Below are positions 9,271 to 19,237 of a DNA stretch of 36,253 bases, in pieces. The DNA comes from a virus (taxonomy: Duplodnaviria > Caudoviricetes), in the IMG/VR virus record IMGVR_UViG_3300009193_000004, positions 1 through 36,253 of that record; one strand, given 5' to 3'. The notes under the pieces were generated by a model that made no database searches, was not told where the DNA came from, and saw nothing but the letters and a program-made list of their open reading frames with translations. The position numbers and the translations under genes were made by a program. Positions within the stretch are counted from its first letter, which is position 1. Every line of letters starts with the position of its first letter.

Positions 9271-10149
9271 TCATCGAATACCTAAAGGGTCATTATCAAC
9301 TGTACTACCAGCGTCAGGAACTTCAAGCCCAAACTTCTGAGCTGCTTGCTTAACAGCTTGCGATCGAGTAACACCACCTTCACGAAAAATGTTAGTTGCT
9401 TCGGTAGCAATACCCTGGACCTTATTTCTAACAGTAGGATCAAGATTGGTAATATTACCAGCCTGATCAAACAGACCGCCAAGCAATTCAACTGACTGGC
9501 GATACATCAAGCTTTCATCGGCAGACTTAACTCCACCACCATCTGAACCAGTGCCGGAAGTTTTAACAGGGCGAGTCTTGCGCTCAACTTCACGGCCACC
9601 TTTATAAACAACATCTTCACCGCCGACTTGGATAGATTTAGGGTTTTCTAAAATCTTATCCATTGCCATAGCTTTAGATAGTGACATTTCCATAAATTGA
9701 GGGTCAAACGCTTCAGGTAGCTTTGATTGAACTTCAGGTGAAACGCCTTGATACATTAACTGATAACGGCGAGCCTGTTCTTCAGGTGTTTTACCTTGAA
9801 GCACGTACCCGGCAAGCTGGCCCATTTCATCAACTGATCTCTGAGTGGCTTCCAGTTTTCGGTCATCCATCTTGGTAACAGCATCAATAAACGTTGCGCC
9901 ACCTTCAGGATCCAAGGCTAATAATTGTTGCTGTGCGCTAACATCACCGCCAACCGCTTTTTGACGAAGGCCAGTAAGCAAGTTTTTACGCTCGGCCGCA
10001 GCCGCCTCTTTTGCTGGACGCTCTGCTATTTCACGCTCCATTTCACCAAGTTTTAAACCTGATAGTTTATTTTGAGTGCGAGCACCTTCAACCGCTGCCT
10101 TGGTTCGGTATATCTCGCCTAAGTCGATACCATATTGATTAGCTGCCAT
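9271..10149 (-). CDS. DNA ejection protein (P22 gp20-like position)
   Basis: 292 aa, helical, Ala/Gln-rich, ends NDPLGIR; lies between the gp7-like and giant ejection genes. Confidence 0.65.
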   Translation of the reverse strand: MAANQYGIDLGEIYRTKAAVEGARTQNKLSGLKLGEMEREIAERPAKEAAAAERKNLLTGLRQKAVGGDVSAQQQLLALDPEGGATFIDAVTKMDDRKLEATQRSVDEMGQLAGYVLQGKTPEEQARRYQLMYQGVSPEVQSKLPEAFDPQFMEMSLSKAMAMDKILENPKSIQVGGEDVVYKGGREVERKTRPVKTSGTGSDGGGVKSADESLMYRQSVELLGGLFDQAGNITNLDPTVRNKVQGIATEATNIFREGGVTRSQAVKQAAQKFGLEVPDAGSTVDNDPLGIR

Positions 10150-10838
10150 TACGAAGCCCCCAAAGATTTATACATCAGCCAGTTTTGTGCTGCCTGGTTT
10201 CCTGATTGCGCCATACCCTGATAAGCACCAGCCCTGGCCTGACCTTGTGCATACTCAGATTGAGCTTGTGAGGTTCCAAGGTTAGAAAGGATATTTCCTG
10301 TTGTGCTTGCTAGGTTGCTAGTCGCTTGAGCCTGACCAGCAGCAGAAGCTTGACCGCCAGAAGAAAGACCTGAAAGCATGTTGTATTTACGCGCCTTCTC
10401 ATTAGCTTCACGAGCATAAGCGTTTGCGTACTCCTGGCTTGCTACGTTTTGAGAGTAATCAGTAACCCCTTTTTGCTGTGCGCCACTCAATAAACGGCCA
10501 CGAGCCGCTGCCGACTTATCAAGCGCCTCAACCCCCTGGTCCATTCTGAATTGATAGCCAGGGTCCTTTGTTACATCAATGTCACCAACCTCAAACTCAC
10601 CAGACTGAACACCAGCCCACATTTGATTTAATGCTTGCTCACCAATATCACGCCATGGCGCAAAGTCTTCACGCTGTTGATTAGCTAACTCACGCTGAAG
10701 AGCAACGTTTTCATCAGCAATAGCTTCTTGTGAAGCCGCTGCACTCTTAGCAGCCTTCTCTTGCGCCTTGCCAGAAGAGTAAGCTGAAACCCCACCAACA
10801 ACAGCAGAGCCTATAACCGCCGCCGCAACTACTGACAT
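10149..10838 (-). CDS. DNA ejection/transfer protein (P22 gp7-like)
   Basis: Hydrophobic Gly/Ala N-terminus (VVAAAVIGSAVVGG), FAPWRDIG, DPGYQFR and SAAARGRLLSG motifs typical of podovirus gp7-like pilot proteins. Confidence 0.8.
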   Translation of the reverse strand: MSVVAAAVIGSAVVGGVSAYSSGKAQEKAAKSAAASQEAIADENVALQRELANQQREDFAPWRDIGEQALNQMWAGVQSGEFEVGDIDVTKDPGYQFRMDQGVEALDKSAAARGRLLSGAQQKGVTDYSQNVASQEYANAYAREANEKARKYNMLSGLSSGGQASAAGQAQATSNLASTTGNILSNLGTSQAQSEYAQGQARAGAYQGMAQSGNQAAQNWLMYKSLGAS

Positions 10839-11389
10839 AAATCCCCCTTATCAACGATAGCTTTAGCGCATTCTGTCAATACAGCTTCATCATGCTCAAT
10901 TTGCTTCATTGCTTGTTCAAGTAGATAGTTAAACTCTTCCAGTTCTTCAAATGAGCCACAAGTAAGAAACTCATACATTTCTTCAGGGTTGCGCTCTTCT
11001 GCACAATGGAACGTGATCCAGTGCGTATCTTCGTGCGCGTATCCCGCTCGTTTCTTGCCAGCTTTCCCTTCCATGATATTCAAACCAGTAAGGCGCTTAA
11101 CTTCTCCTGTATCGGTAGAAACTGAAATGTCACCACTAAGCATAATATCGAAGTGATCAAACTTATGGATTCGACCAGTTAACAGTGTACCTTTTGGAAT
11201 GGTGATTTCACGCGCATAGATGCCACCATTAAAACGGTGGTTAACATCAATAGGAACTTGATCTTCCTGAAGCATGGCCTGTTCAAGTGCGTTAATCTTT
11301 CCGCGCCGATCAGCAATATCAATTGAAGATACAGCCGCAACAATTGCCAGCGAGCGTGATTCTTCCAGCTTTGTGTTTGTCTCGTTCAT
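10829..11389 (-). CDS. Cupin-like protein in the tail/ejection module
   Basis: HRFNGGIYAREITIPKGTLLTGRIHKFDHFDIMLSG...GKKRAGYAHEDTHWITFH fits a double-stranded beta-helix pattern. Confidence 0.6.
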   Translation of the reverse strand: MNETNTKLEESRSLAIVAAVSSIDIADRRGKINALEQAMLQEDQVPIDVNHRFNGGIYAREITIPKGTLLTGRIHKFDHFDIMLSGDISVSTDTGEVKRLTGLNIMEGKAGKKRAGYAHEDTHWITFHCAEERNPEEMYEFLTCGSFEELEEFNYLLEQAMKQIEHDEAVLTECAKAIVDKGDLCQ

Positions 11390-11396
11390 GTTATCC

Positions 11397-12101
11397 CTAT
11401 GGTGTTGTCATCTGGCCTGAAGCTTTACTTTCTGCCAGTAAGTTATTAAGAACTGCAATAGCATCGTTAAGGTCTGAAGCCAGTTGATTTATTGCCGCTT
11501 TGTTTTCATTCGTTAAATCGGTTACTGATTGCGTGTAAGCCTGATCATAAGCTGCCGGAGCTGTGCCAATATCAGCAGTTGTAATATCAACCGTTGTTTC
11601 TACTGCGTCAGCTATTGAGGCCATTCTAGCAACAAGTCCAACCGTTGATTCACTTGCCGCGTCATTAAAGCCAACTATATCACCATTAGATCCGTGTGCC
11701 TGGAAAGCGTTAACGTGAGTGTCGAGGCTATTAGCTAGTAAAACTATCGCCTGCGCATTGGCCTCTATATTTATTACGTTCTCTGCAATGGCTAAAGCAT
11801 TCTGAACAATAGCCGCTGAGTTTATAGCAATATCTTCAGCGTTTTTGGCAATGTCTAAAGCGTTTTTCTCAATGGACTCTTTATTGGCAGCAATGGCAAT
11901 TATGTTAGCCTCAACAGCGGCAACGAGCTGATCTATATCTTCAATATTTTCATCAATAGAATTTCCGCCTTTGTAAGCTACACGGCGATATAAATCACGA
12001 AACCAAACAGACCAGGCGCGATTCATTAAACCGCTCTGGTCGATCAGTCTCACTTGAAGAGGAGGTTTAGATACTAGGTTTTCAGTTTTGTTATCAGCCA
12101 T
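11397..12101 (-). CDS. Tail needle/plug protein (P22 gp26-like trimeric coiled coil)
   Basis: Eight consecutive (I/V)xxNxxx heptads (~11748-11915), immediately after the gp10-like gene. Confidence 0.7.
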   Translation of the reverse strand: MADNKTENLVSKPPLQVRLIDQSGLMNRAWSVWFRDLYRRVAYKGGNSIDENIEDIDQLVAAVEANIIAIAANKESIEKNALDIAKNAEDIAINSAAIVQNALAIAENVINIEANAQAIVLLANSLDTHVNAFQAHGSNGDIVGFNDAASESTVGLVARMASIADAVETTVDITTADIGTAPAAYDQAYTQSVTDLTNENKAAINQLASDLNDAIAVLNNLLAESKASGQMTTP

Positions 12102-13474
12102 TAGCGAACCTCAACCCACGCACCACCTATATCAATTGGTATAGGATCAGATATTTCAACTTTAAAGGTGAACTGCCTGGCAGCACCAAAGCGGTTAACC
12201 TTCGCCCTTGTTAAGTATTCTCCAACCTTCCCAATGCGACCACGTTTAAAGCTTTCACTGTATGTCTTGCCTGAATCTTTTGAGAAGTACACTCGCAACT
12301 CTGGATCATCACCTTGACCGCTAATAAGGCCGACACCAGTACCCATATCAAACTCTAAGCTATCAACGGTTAAGAACTCTCGACCGTTGTTAACGGTAGG
12401 TAAAACAAACTCACGAACAACAGGCTCGCCGTCATCGGTGTAGAAGTTGCCAGCCATTTGATAGATTCGACCATTCTGAAAATCACCAACCAAAGTTTTT
12501 GAATCAAAGAAGATCGCATTGTTAGACTGGTGACGGCCAAACTGGTACGACTGGCGAACATGCCAAGCACCAGTTGAAATATCGAAACACCAGGTAATAT
12601 CCCTACTTGGAATAGTTAGCACGTAAAACAAATGCCCTTCATCCTGATATGTGTAGGCAAACGCATCACTTAGATCAACGTCTTTAAGTGTCTTCTCAAC
12701 GGCGTGAGTGCTTATCCTTACTGGAGTGTAACCAGTCATTTGATAAACCATTAAGTCAGAACCGATAAAGTAAACAGTATTGTTTTGCTTGGCTACTGAG
12801 TAACGAGCTCCACAACCCTTTTCAATAAATGCGCCCTGGTTACGCTCAAAGGGAAAATCAGAAGCACCTGAGTTATACCAAACCTCAATCGTTTCAGTGC
12901 CGAACAAGAATATTTCACGGTGATCACTAAGTATCGCAACTAACGGATCCGGCTGGCCTTCAGCTGTTGCAAAATCTAACGGATCAAAGTCAACATCAAG
13001 TAGCTCAGATATAAAGAACTGACCCGTTCCTTTTCTGTCAAACAGAAAGTAACCATCTTGATAGGTAACTGTTGAGGCCGGATAGAAGGCTTCGTTTGTT
13101 ATCTGCTCCACCTCCTTTGTATTGGCGTCATAATAGAAACCTTTGAATCCATCAACCACAACAACCTGGATACCGTTGTCCTCCATTGATACGCGGCCTT
13201 TAAGGTCAACGTCACCTAACTCTTTAAATGTTCCGTTCTTAAATATCTCGTACATTTTTGAAGGGGTAACGGCGAATACTCGGCCTTTATTGTTATGAAG
13301 GCCAAGCACCGGGAATGTAGGAAGCTCGCAAAAGAATGCGAGCCCTGGCGTGTTGATTAGGTTGAATGGGTACTTACCACCAGTTGATGCGCGAGGATAC
13401 ACGTTAACAAGCAACTCATTGCCTGATATATCCTGCTCTGAAGTGTTAGCCGCAAGCGGTATCTCTCTTTGCAT
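12101..13474 (-). CDS. Tail hub / packaged DNA stabilization protein (P22 gp10-like)
   Basis: TPGL, QDGYF, FATAEGQPD, IEVWYNSG and GHLFYVL motifs. Likely start is ATG 13474 (MQREIPLA), right after the upstream stop; the ORF track extends to 13552. Confidence 0.88.
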   Translation of the reverse strand: MQREIPLAANTSEQDISGNELLVNVYPRASTGGKYPFNLINTPGLAFFCELPTFPVLGLHNNKGRVFAVTPSKMYEIFKNGTFKELGDVDLKGRVSMEDNGIQVVVVDGFKGFYYDANTKEVEQITNEAFYPASTVTYQDGYFLFDRKGTGQFFISELLDVDFDPLDFATAEGQPDPLVAILSDHREIFLFGTETIEVWYNSGASDFPFERNQGAFIEKGCGARYSVAKQNNTVYFIGSDLMVYQMTGYTPVRISTHAVEKTLKDVDLSDAFAYTYQDEGHLFYVLTIPSRDITWCFDISTGAWHVRQSYQFGRHQSNNAIFFDSKTLVGDFQNGRIYQMAGNFYTDDGEPVVREFVLPTVNNGREFLTVDSLEFDMGTGVGLISGQGDDPELRVYFSKDSGKTYSESFKRGRIGKVGEYLTRAKVNRFGAARQFTFKVEISDPIPIDIGGAWVEVR

Positions 13475-13475
13475 G

Positions 13476-14225
13476 TTATGGCCCCTGCTCAATAATATAA
13501 GTACCAATGCCTTTACGTTGAGTGGCAACAGCTCGGTCCATTCCAAGAACAAGATCGCGGTAGTTATTACGCTTCAACCACTTCTTACCTTCAACTGCAT
13601 GAGTGGCAATAGCTGCACTTGGTTGCTTGCCCCATTCATCAGCAAGGTCAAGGCAAAGGTTATAGATAAGCGCTCGCTCGTAACCTGGCGGTAGGTTTAT
13701 CACTTCAGTTAGGCAAGCCGCCGGAAGTATGTCACTTAGTGGCTGGATAACTTCAAGATGAAGGGTTTCTGAAGAGTAAGGAACCGATTCAAATAGAATA
13801 GTGTTTAACGGCCAGCCTTCACGAACATAGAAGCGCGAAGGGCGTGAGGCGTTTGTTTTACGGCTAATTCGTGAGAAGGTCTTAACGTCAATAACTTCTT
13901 GAATGTAGTCAGTATCGTATTGGTCACGAATGAAAGCGGCCAGTATCTTTTCTGGTCTTGCGGTTTCGATATGGTTAATCGGTAATGGATCCGGCTTAGG
14001 CTCTGGATAAATACCAATAGTGTATTCAGATACATCGTTAGTAAGCTGGAATGTAACCACCCCAACTACAGGAATAAGCAGCGTTTCATTGGTCCAGGCA
14101 TCGACCATTTGAGCGAATACTTTTAAAGCGTCATCACCCTCATTGGCTGGCAGGGGTTCGCCAGCAGCAAGAACGCCAATTTTTCGCATAGCACTGCGAA
14201 TAATATCCCCTACCGTAGTTGCCAT
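13476..14225 (-). CDS. Head-tail adaptor (P22 gp4-like)
   Basis: TVGDIIRSAMRKIGVLAAGE and LPPGYERALIYNLCLDLADEWG motifs; position after the coat gene. Confidence 0.8.
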   Translation of the reverse strand: MATTVGDIIRSAMRKIGVLAAGEPLPANEGDDALKVFAQMVDAWTNETLLIPVVGVVTFQLTNDVSEYTIGIYPEPKPDPLPINHIETARPEKILAAFIRDQYDTDYIQEVIDVKTFSRISRKTNASRPSRFYVREGWPLNTILFESVPYSSETLHLEVIQPLSDILPAACLTEVINLPPGYERALIYNLCLDLADEWGKQPSAAIATHAVEGKKWLKRNNYRDLVLGMDRAVATQRKGIGTYIIEQGP

Positions 14226-14226
14226 A

Positions 14227-14748
14227 TTAATCGGCCTCGTTTATAGCTGCGTTAATCTTTTCAATTAAAGTTGCTTCCTTCATATTTTCGCGCAGACCTA
14301 AGCTATACAAGGTATTACCAAGCTCAACATGCTCAGCCTTGGTTAGTGACTCAGGGTCTTCATTAAACTGGTTAAGCAGATCATCAACTGAAGCAGTAGA
14401 ACCGCCAGAATCTTTAAGGCCACGGCGTTCAGCTTCAGCAATTAGCTCTTCATCGCTGAATGATTCAATGGTTACAGGCACAGCGCTAAATTTTGCCTTG
14501 TTCATTTCAGCTTCAAATTCAACTTCAGACAAAACCTTGAATCCCATTGTTTTAACCAGGCCAACAAGATCTTCAGGTCGTGCACGTTCAATCTGATCGG
14601 CGTCCATCTTTGCGGCGTTGTCTTCTTTAGGTAAATCAAGAAGCGCCGGAGACTTAACCCAACCGTCTTGCTCTAATTGCTCAGCTTGAGACAAGTTAAC
14701 AATTTCACCTTTAGGGCAGTTAGCGTGATACATCCATAATTTTGACAT
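14227..14748 (-). CDS. Hypothetical protein downstream of coat
   Basis: 173-aa acidic ORF with GAGAG SD, co-oriented in the operon. Confidence 0.7.
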   Translation of the reverse strand: MSKLWMYHANCPKGEIVNLSQAEQLEQDGWVKSPALLDLPKEDNAAKMDADQIERARPEDLVGLVKTMGFKVLSEVEFEAEMNKAKFSAVPVTIESFSDEELIAEAERRGLKDSGGSTASVDDLLNQFNEDPESLTKAEHVELGNTLYSLGLRENMKEATLIEKINAAINEAD

Positions 14749-14775
14749 ATTAATTACTCTCTCTATCTAATGAAT

Positions 14776-14797
14776 AAAAGGCCCGTCCTTGGGCCTT
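14776..14797 (-). terminator. Rho-independent terminator after the major capsid gene
   Basis: Minus strand AAGGCCC-AAGGAC-GGGCCTT-TTATT. Confidence 0.75.
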
Positions 14798-14809
14798 ATC
14801 GGTTATTAC

Positions 14810-16060
14810 TTACTGAGCAGCGCCCCACATACGAAGGGCAAGCTCACCGTAAATCAAATCAGTGCCGTAAACAGCATCAATACGGTGAATCTCTGTTTGC
14901 TCATTAATATCATAAGCACCAGTAAGAGTAAGTGACAGACCAGTTTCAGGATCCGCAGCGCGAGACTTGATAACCGCTGACTGTGGTAGCTCAAGGTCAA
15001 TCATTGCAAGCGCAATAGCATCACGGTGGAACAGGTAGTTTTGTTCGTATGTTGCATTAGCCGCACCAGCAATAGTGATAGCCGCACCAGCAACCGGAAG
15101 GGCGGTAATGTTCTGGTAAGCTTTCGTGCTGATTGGGTCGCCTTCAGCGTTGTTGATAGTGGCTGTACCGTCATTCAATGCAGGGAATACACTGATTGAA
15201 GCAGCGCCAGCACCATCAGTATCAACGTCAGCAGTAACAACGAACTCTTGAAGCAAGCCAGTTGTTTCATAGTTCTGAGGGTTAACACCGAATACACCAG
15301 CAACGGTAAACACATCACCAACTTTCAAGAAGCCAGCTGTTGAAGCTGTACCGCCAGTCATAGTGATCACTGAACCGTTAGCACCAGCACCAGCCAAAGG
15401 AGTGCCGCCGTGATCACCAACAGTATGCTTAGGCAAGTTCTGAGACTCGTAAGTATCGTACTCAGAAACCTTACCGCGATAGCCCATCTTATACGCTTGC
15501 TCAACCATGCTTTCTTTAAACAGCTTTGTTACTTCATCAGATAGAGAAGCACAAGTGAACGGGTCAAGGACCGCATGGCGCATTCCATCTTGAGGAACGG
15601 CGTAAGTGGTTTGTTTAGCACCAGCGTTAGCAAAGTCGATAAACTTACCAGGGCGAACACCAGGAGTACCAGAAGTGTGGAATGCTTTCTTCAGGGTAAG
15701 CAAGATATTGCGGTCAATCTTATTGGCGATCTGAATCATACCCGACTTCAGGTAACGTTCAGAGAAGTCCATAATATCAAGGGTTTTATCCTTAACAGTG
15801 TACTCAAGGCCAACGTGGTGCTGCTTGTCAATCTTGAACGGGATTGTCTGATCAACCATTGGTTGCTTAACCAGGGTGCGACCATCAGCCGCTTTAACAC
15901 GGTAAGGAAGTTTTAAGCGAATAGTATCGCCGACTTTACCAAATGTTTTTTCATAGTTGCGGTAAACCAACTTAGCAGTAACCAAGTTGTTTTTAAGTAG
16001 ACGCAATGCTTCTTTAGCAATTACATCATCAGTAAGTAGATTGTTGTTTTGAACAGCCAT
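14810..16060 (-). CDS. Major capsid protein (P22 coat gp5 family)
   Basis: NNLLTDDVIAKEALRLLKNNL, KVGDTIR, FHRDAIALA and RIDAVYG motifs; AAGGAG SD; follows the scaffold gene. Confidence 0.93.
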   Translation of the reverse strand: MAVQNNNLLTDDVIAKEALRLLKNNLVTAKLVYRNYEKTFGKVGDTIRLKLPYRVKAADGRTLVKQPMVDQTIPFKIDKQHHVGLEYTVKDKTLDIMDFSERYLKSGMIQIANKIDRNILLTLKKAFHTSGTPGVRPGKFIDFANAGAKQTTYAVPQDGMRHAVLDPFTCASLSDEVTKLFKESMVEQAYKMGYRGKVSEYDTYESQNLPKHTVGDHGGTPLAGAGANGSVITMTGGTASTAGFLKVGDVFTVAGVFGVNPQNYETTGLLQEFVVTADVDTDGAGAASISVFPALNDGTATINNAEGDPISTKAYQNITALPVAGAAITIAGAANATYEQNYLFHRDAIALAMIDLELPQSAVIKSRAADPETGLSLTLTGAYDINEQTEIHRIDAVYGTDLIYGELALRMWGAAQ

Positions 16061-16079
16061 GAGAAGGCTCCTTTATTTA

Positions 16080-16994
16080 TTACCAAGATTGGCGCGAACG
16101 TTCTTTCTTATTCATGTGAGCTTCGTATTCTGCAAAAGACATTTCAGCCGGGGCTTTCTCTTGTGCATCACTACCACCAACAGGGCTAATAGGATCGGGC
16201 GCATTAGTTGTTTTTGTCGGTTTCGGCGGTTTGCTCGTCACCGTCAGATCAAGTTTTGCGATTGCTCGCATTTGCTGAGCTGGCGAACCAGAAGCAATAT
16301 CAGTAGCAAGATCTTTATTCTGGCCCAAATGATACATGACCTTTGCCGGGTCTTCACATTCAGCCAACGCTTCAAGCATATCGCCAGTGATCGGAACTTC
16401 AGGGTTAAGCGCTACAGCTTCAAAGTCATCAGGTTTAGTTGCTGACTCAACCGTTTCCTTAATAACAGCCATTGCCGTTTTTTGGCTATCGGTTAATGAA
16501 GGTGCCGCTTCTTGCTCTTCCTGTTTAGGTTCAGGCTTGTCCTGGTCCTTTGTCGGCTTATTATCATAAGCGTCTAGGGCATCAAGATACTGGTCATAAG
16601 TTTCAAAGTCATCCTCAACGGGTTCCTTTTCTGACTTATCCGATCCTTTACCTTCCAATTCTGCAATACGCTTTTCAAGTGCCTCATTTTTACGGCGCTC
16701 GTCTTCACGTTCTCTTACTACCTTGTCGATTCTCTTTTGCACTCGGTTAGGCTTCTTGCCTTCGTCCGGTGCGGCGGTATCAGAATCGTTACCGGAATCA
16801 TCTTGCGCTTTGCCTTCAGACTCTTCGCCTTCACCTTTAGGTTCTGGCTTCTCTTCACCTTCAGTAGCAGGAGCTTCAGAACTGGCCTGTTCTTCTTGCT
16901 TCGGCTCTTCCTGTGGTTCAGTTGGTGCTTCTGGCGCATCGCTCAATGTAACGACAAAACCTGAAGTTTCGTCTTGGTTGTTTTCATCACTCAT
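16080..16994 (-). CDS. Scaffolding protein
   Basis: Acidic and low-complexity, with RVQKRIDK, P..DDFETYDQY, YHLGQN and a C-terminal MSFAEY helix; lies between portal and coat. Likely start is ATG 16994 (AGGAA SD). Confidence 0.85.
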   Translation of the reverse strand: MSDENNQDETSGFVVTLSDAPEAPTEPQEEPKQEEQASSEAPATEGEEKPEPKGEGEESEGKAQDDSGNDSDTAAPDEGKKPNRVQKRIDKVVREREDERRKNEALEKRIAELEGKGSDKSEKEPVEDDFETYDQYLDALDAYDNKPTKDQDKPEPKQEEQEAAPSLTDSQKTAMAVIKETVESATKPDDFEAVALNPEVPITGDMLEALAECEDPAKVMYHLGQNKDLATDIASGSPAQQMRAIAKLDLTVTSKPPKPTKTTNAPDPISPVGGSDAQEKAPAEMSFAEYEAHMNKKERSRQSW

Positions 16995-16996
16995 GG

Positions 16997-17083
16997 CGTA
17001 TATGTTCCTATACGAATTTAAGCCCAGTGAAAGGCCACTGGTAGCCATAAACTAATGATAAGCTTAATTTAGTAAAAAGTCAC
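16997..17083 (-). promoter_or_regulatory. Putative sigma70 promoter and structured leader of the scaffold/coat genes
   Basis: GTGACT-17 nt-TATCAT (17083-17055), followed by hairpins CCAGTG/CACTGG and CGTATA-GGAACA-TATACG around the SD. Confidence 0.55.
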
Positions 17084-17086
17084 TCG

Positions 17087-19237
17087 TTAAGCCTTGACAT
17101 TTTGGTTATTTGCCATTAACTCAGCCAGTGCTTCAGCAACTAATTCACGCACTTGCTGGTAAGCTTGACCTTGACCGCTTTCAATAGCTTGAAGCTGAGC
17201 TTGCGCTTCAGCCGTTTCAAGCTGGGCCTGAACAAGGTCCGCCTGCGCCTTAGCAATTGTAGCGGCAGACTTCTCGTTATTGGCTTGAGCTGTTACCGAT
17301 TTAGCTTCAGCTTCCTGGCTTCTAACTTCAAGCTCCTTCATTTGAATCTGTTGTTCAGGTGTTGGCTGGTCCTGTTCTGGCATATCTTCAGCAAGCTTCT
17401 CTCTTTCGTCATTGGTCAATACGTTAGGCGGTACAATCTTTTTAAGACGTTCGGCCATAACATCAGCGCCAGGGAAGTCCATGTTTTGAGCGATAAGATC
17501 AGCAATAACGGCAGCGGAAGCCGGAACAGCTTGAGCGAATTGAATAAGCGATTCAGCCGCTTCTTGTCGCTGTGTTGAGTAAGCCGGGCCAGTAGTAACA
17601 ACAACGTCATACTTAGCAACGTTCAGATCATTGATAGTTACCCACTCGTTTGTTTGTTCATCAAGTATCTGTTCATTCAACTTAACAAAGTCTTCAGTTT
17701 CATCAGAGAACTTCAAGCGAACAACACGCTCTGTATCGTAAATCTTAGGTATCATTTCAACCATAATCTTACCAACACGGCGAATGGCTTTAGTCAGGTT
17801 GTCAATGAAGGCAAACGAACCGCGATCACCCTGGCGCTGTCTTGCTACGATTGCCCGGCCTGAAGTTTCATTACCCATTGCGCCAAGTGATGCGTCATAC
17901 ATTCCAAGCGTGGCTTTAATCTTCTCGCTTGAGTTCATGCCAAGAGTGATTTCAGCGGCAGGGATAGCGGCTGGTTGTTCACGGCGTGGACCAGGATCGC
18001 CCTGGAATTGTGGGACGTAAGTTAACACTGAACGGTTAACAGTGTTGGCCGTTTCCCATTGGTGTTCGTAACCTTCAGTGTGACCTTCAGAACCGATAAA
18101 CGGCGCTTTAGGTGCAAGAGCAACGGCTTCAGTTGCGGCGCTATCCCAATAGTTAGCCATTCGTTGTGCATCTTTACTATGGCGAATAATAGAGCGAAAG
18201 ATAATTTTCTTCTTAATAACCAACGCCTTACCCCAAACCGGGACGACTGGGATAGTTGAGCATGGCAATTCAACAGGACCTTCAAGAACATCAAGCCCGG
18301 TAATTTTACGCCAGAAGACCTTATAAGTTTTCACCTTACGGGTACGGACAATGCTTACACCTTTGGCAAGCAGTTCATCAACAACAGGCTCTAGCTCATC
18401 CATATACACTGAACGGCCATCACTAAGAAGGGCCACTTCTTTAACGCAAGGCTCACGAGTGAAGTATTCGCTGATCTTAACTGAGTTGTCAGAGTACCAG
18501 GTTCCCATATCATCAACTGAATCAGAGTTAACCGGGTCGGCGTTGGCATCAGGGTAAAGCTCTTTGAATGACTCCTTCTCCATCGTGTCATCAATAAGGC
18601 ACCAGTTCATATCTGAACGGTCACGCTCTTTAGCGTTCGGGTCCATTGTTACAGCAAACTGGTTTTCAATGTGGTCAATGATCAGGTCTTGTTCAAAGCT
18701 ATCATCTGCCAGGTAATCAGAGCGAACACGCAAGTAACCCATACCAGACTCAACCGCAGACTGGAAAGCAATGTCGTAGCTTGTTTCAGCATCACAGTTG
18801 TATTCAATGTTCTTGATTAGCCCGGTAAACACTTCAGCAAGCTCATAGTCAGTCTTGCCAGTGGTGTTAGATATGCGAAGCGTTGTGTCTTCTCCGGTTT
18901 CAGAGTCAGGAACGCGAACCACATCAGTAGCACTTACCTTGATGGCCGGGCGGTTTTGTCGCTGATCACCAAGAACCTGATCCACAAAAGTAGGTAATAC
19001 GTTATTAACCAGGCAAGGACGTTGCTCAAGCTCTCGCTCAGTTCGTACTTGTGAAGGCCATTGCTCACCAGCAAGGAACTTCAGATCATCTTCAGCCGCT
19101 TCCCAGTTTTCTTTCCAGTAGGTTGCACCGTCACGAGCTCGCTTTCTGGCCGTACAAAGTAATGAGTCATCAGACTTATCACCTTTTTTTTGCTTTACGG
19201 GTTTAGCGTAAAGCTGTTCTATTTTTGACTTAGCCAT
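17087..19237 (-). CDS. Portal protein (P22-like)
   Basis: DLKFLAGEQW, RPCLVNN, KDAQRMANYW, ETSGRAIVARQRQG and YDVVVTTGPAYSTQRQE motifs plus a C-terminal barrel coiled coil. ATG 19237 with GGAGG SD. Confidence 0.93.
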   Translation of the reverse strand: MAKSKIEQLYAKPVKQKKGDKSDDSLLCTARKRARDGATYWKENWEAAEDDLKFLAGEQWPSQVRTERELEQRPCLVNNVLPTFVDQVLGDQRQNRPAIKVSATDVVRVPDSETGEDTTLRISNTTGKTDYELAEVFTGLIKNIEYNCDAETSYDIAFQSAVESGMGYLRVRSDYLADDSFEQDLIIDHIENQFAVTMDPNAKERDRSDMNWCLIDDTMEKESFKELYPDANADPVNSDSVDDMGTWYSDNSVKISEYFTREPCVKEVALLSDGRSVYMDELEPVVDELLAKGVSIVRTRKVKTYKVFWRKITGLDVLEGPVELPCSTIPVVPVWGKALVIKKKIIFRSIIRHSKDAQRMANYWDSAATEAVALAPKAPFIGSEGHTEGYEHQWETANTVNRSVLTYVPQFQGDPGPRREQPAAIPAAEITLGMNSSEKIKATLGMYDASLGAMGNETSGRAIVARQRQGDRGSFAFIDNLTKAIRRVGKIMVEMIPKIYDTERVVRLKFSDETEDFVKLNEQILDEQTNEWVTINDLNVAKYDVVVTTGPAYSTQRQEAAESLIQFAQAVPASAAVIADLIAQNMDFPGADVMAERLKKIVPPNVLTNDEREKLAEDMPEQDQPTPEQQIQMKELEVRSQEAEAKSVTAQANNEKSAATIAKAQADLVQAQLETAEAQAQLQAIESGQGQAYQQVRELVAEALAELMANNQNVKA

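Noticed and set aside
3848-9491. Same-strand alternative-frame ORFs within the ejection genes (possible overprinting or frameshifts)
   Set aside because: Leu/Lys/Ser-rich translations expected from codon bias; the main frame is uninterrupted and I saw no convincing slippery site.
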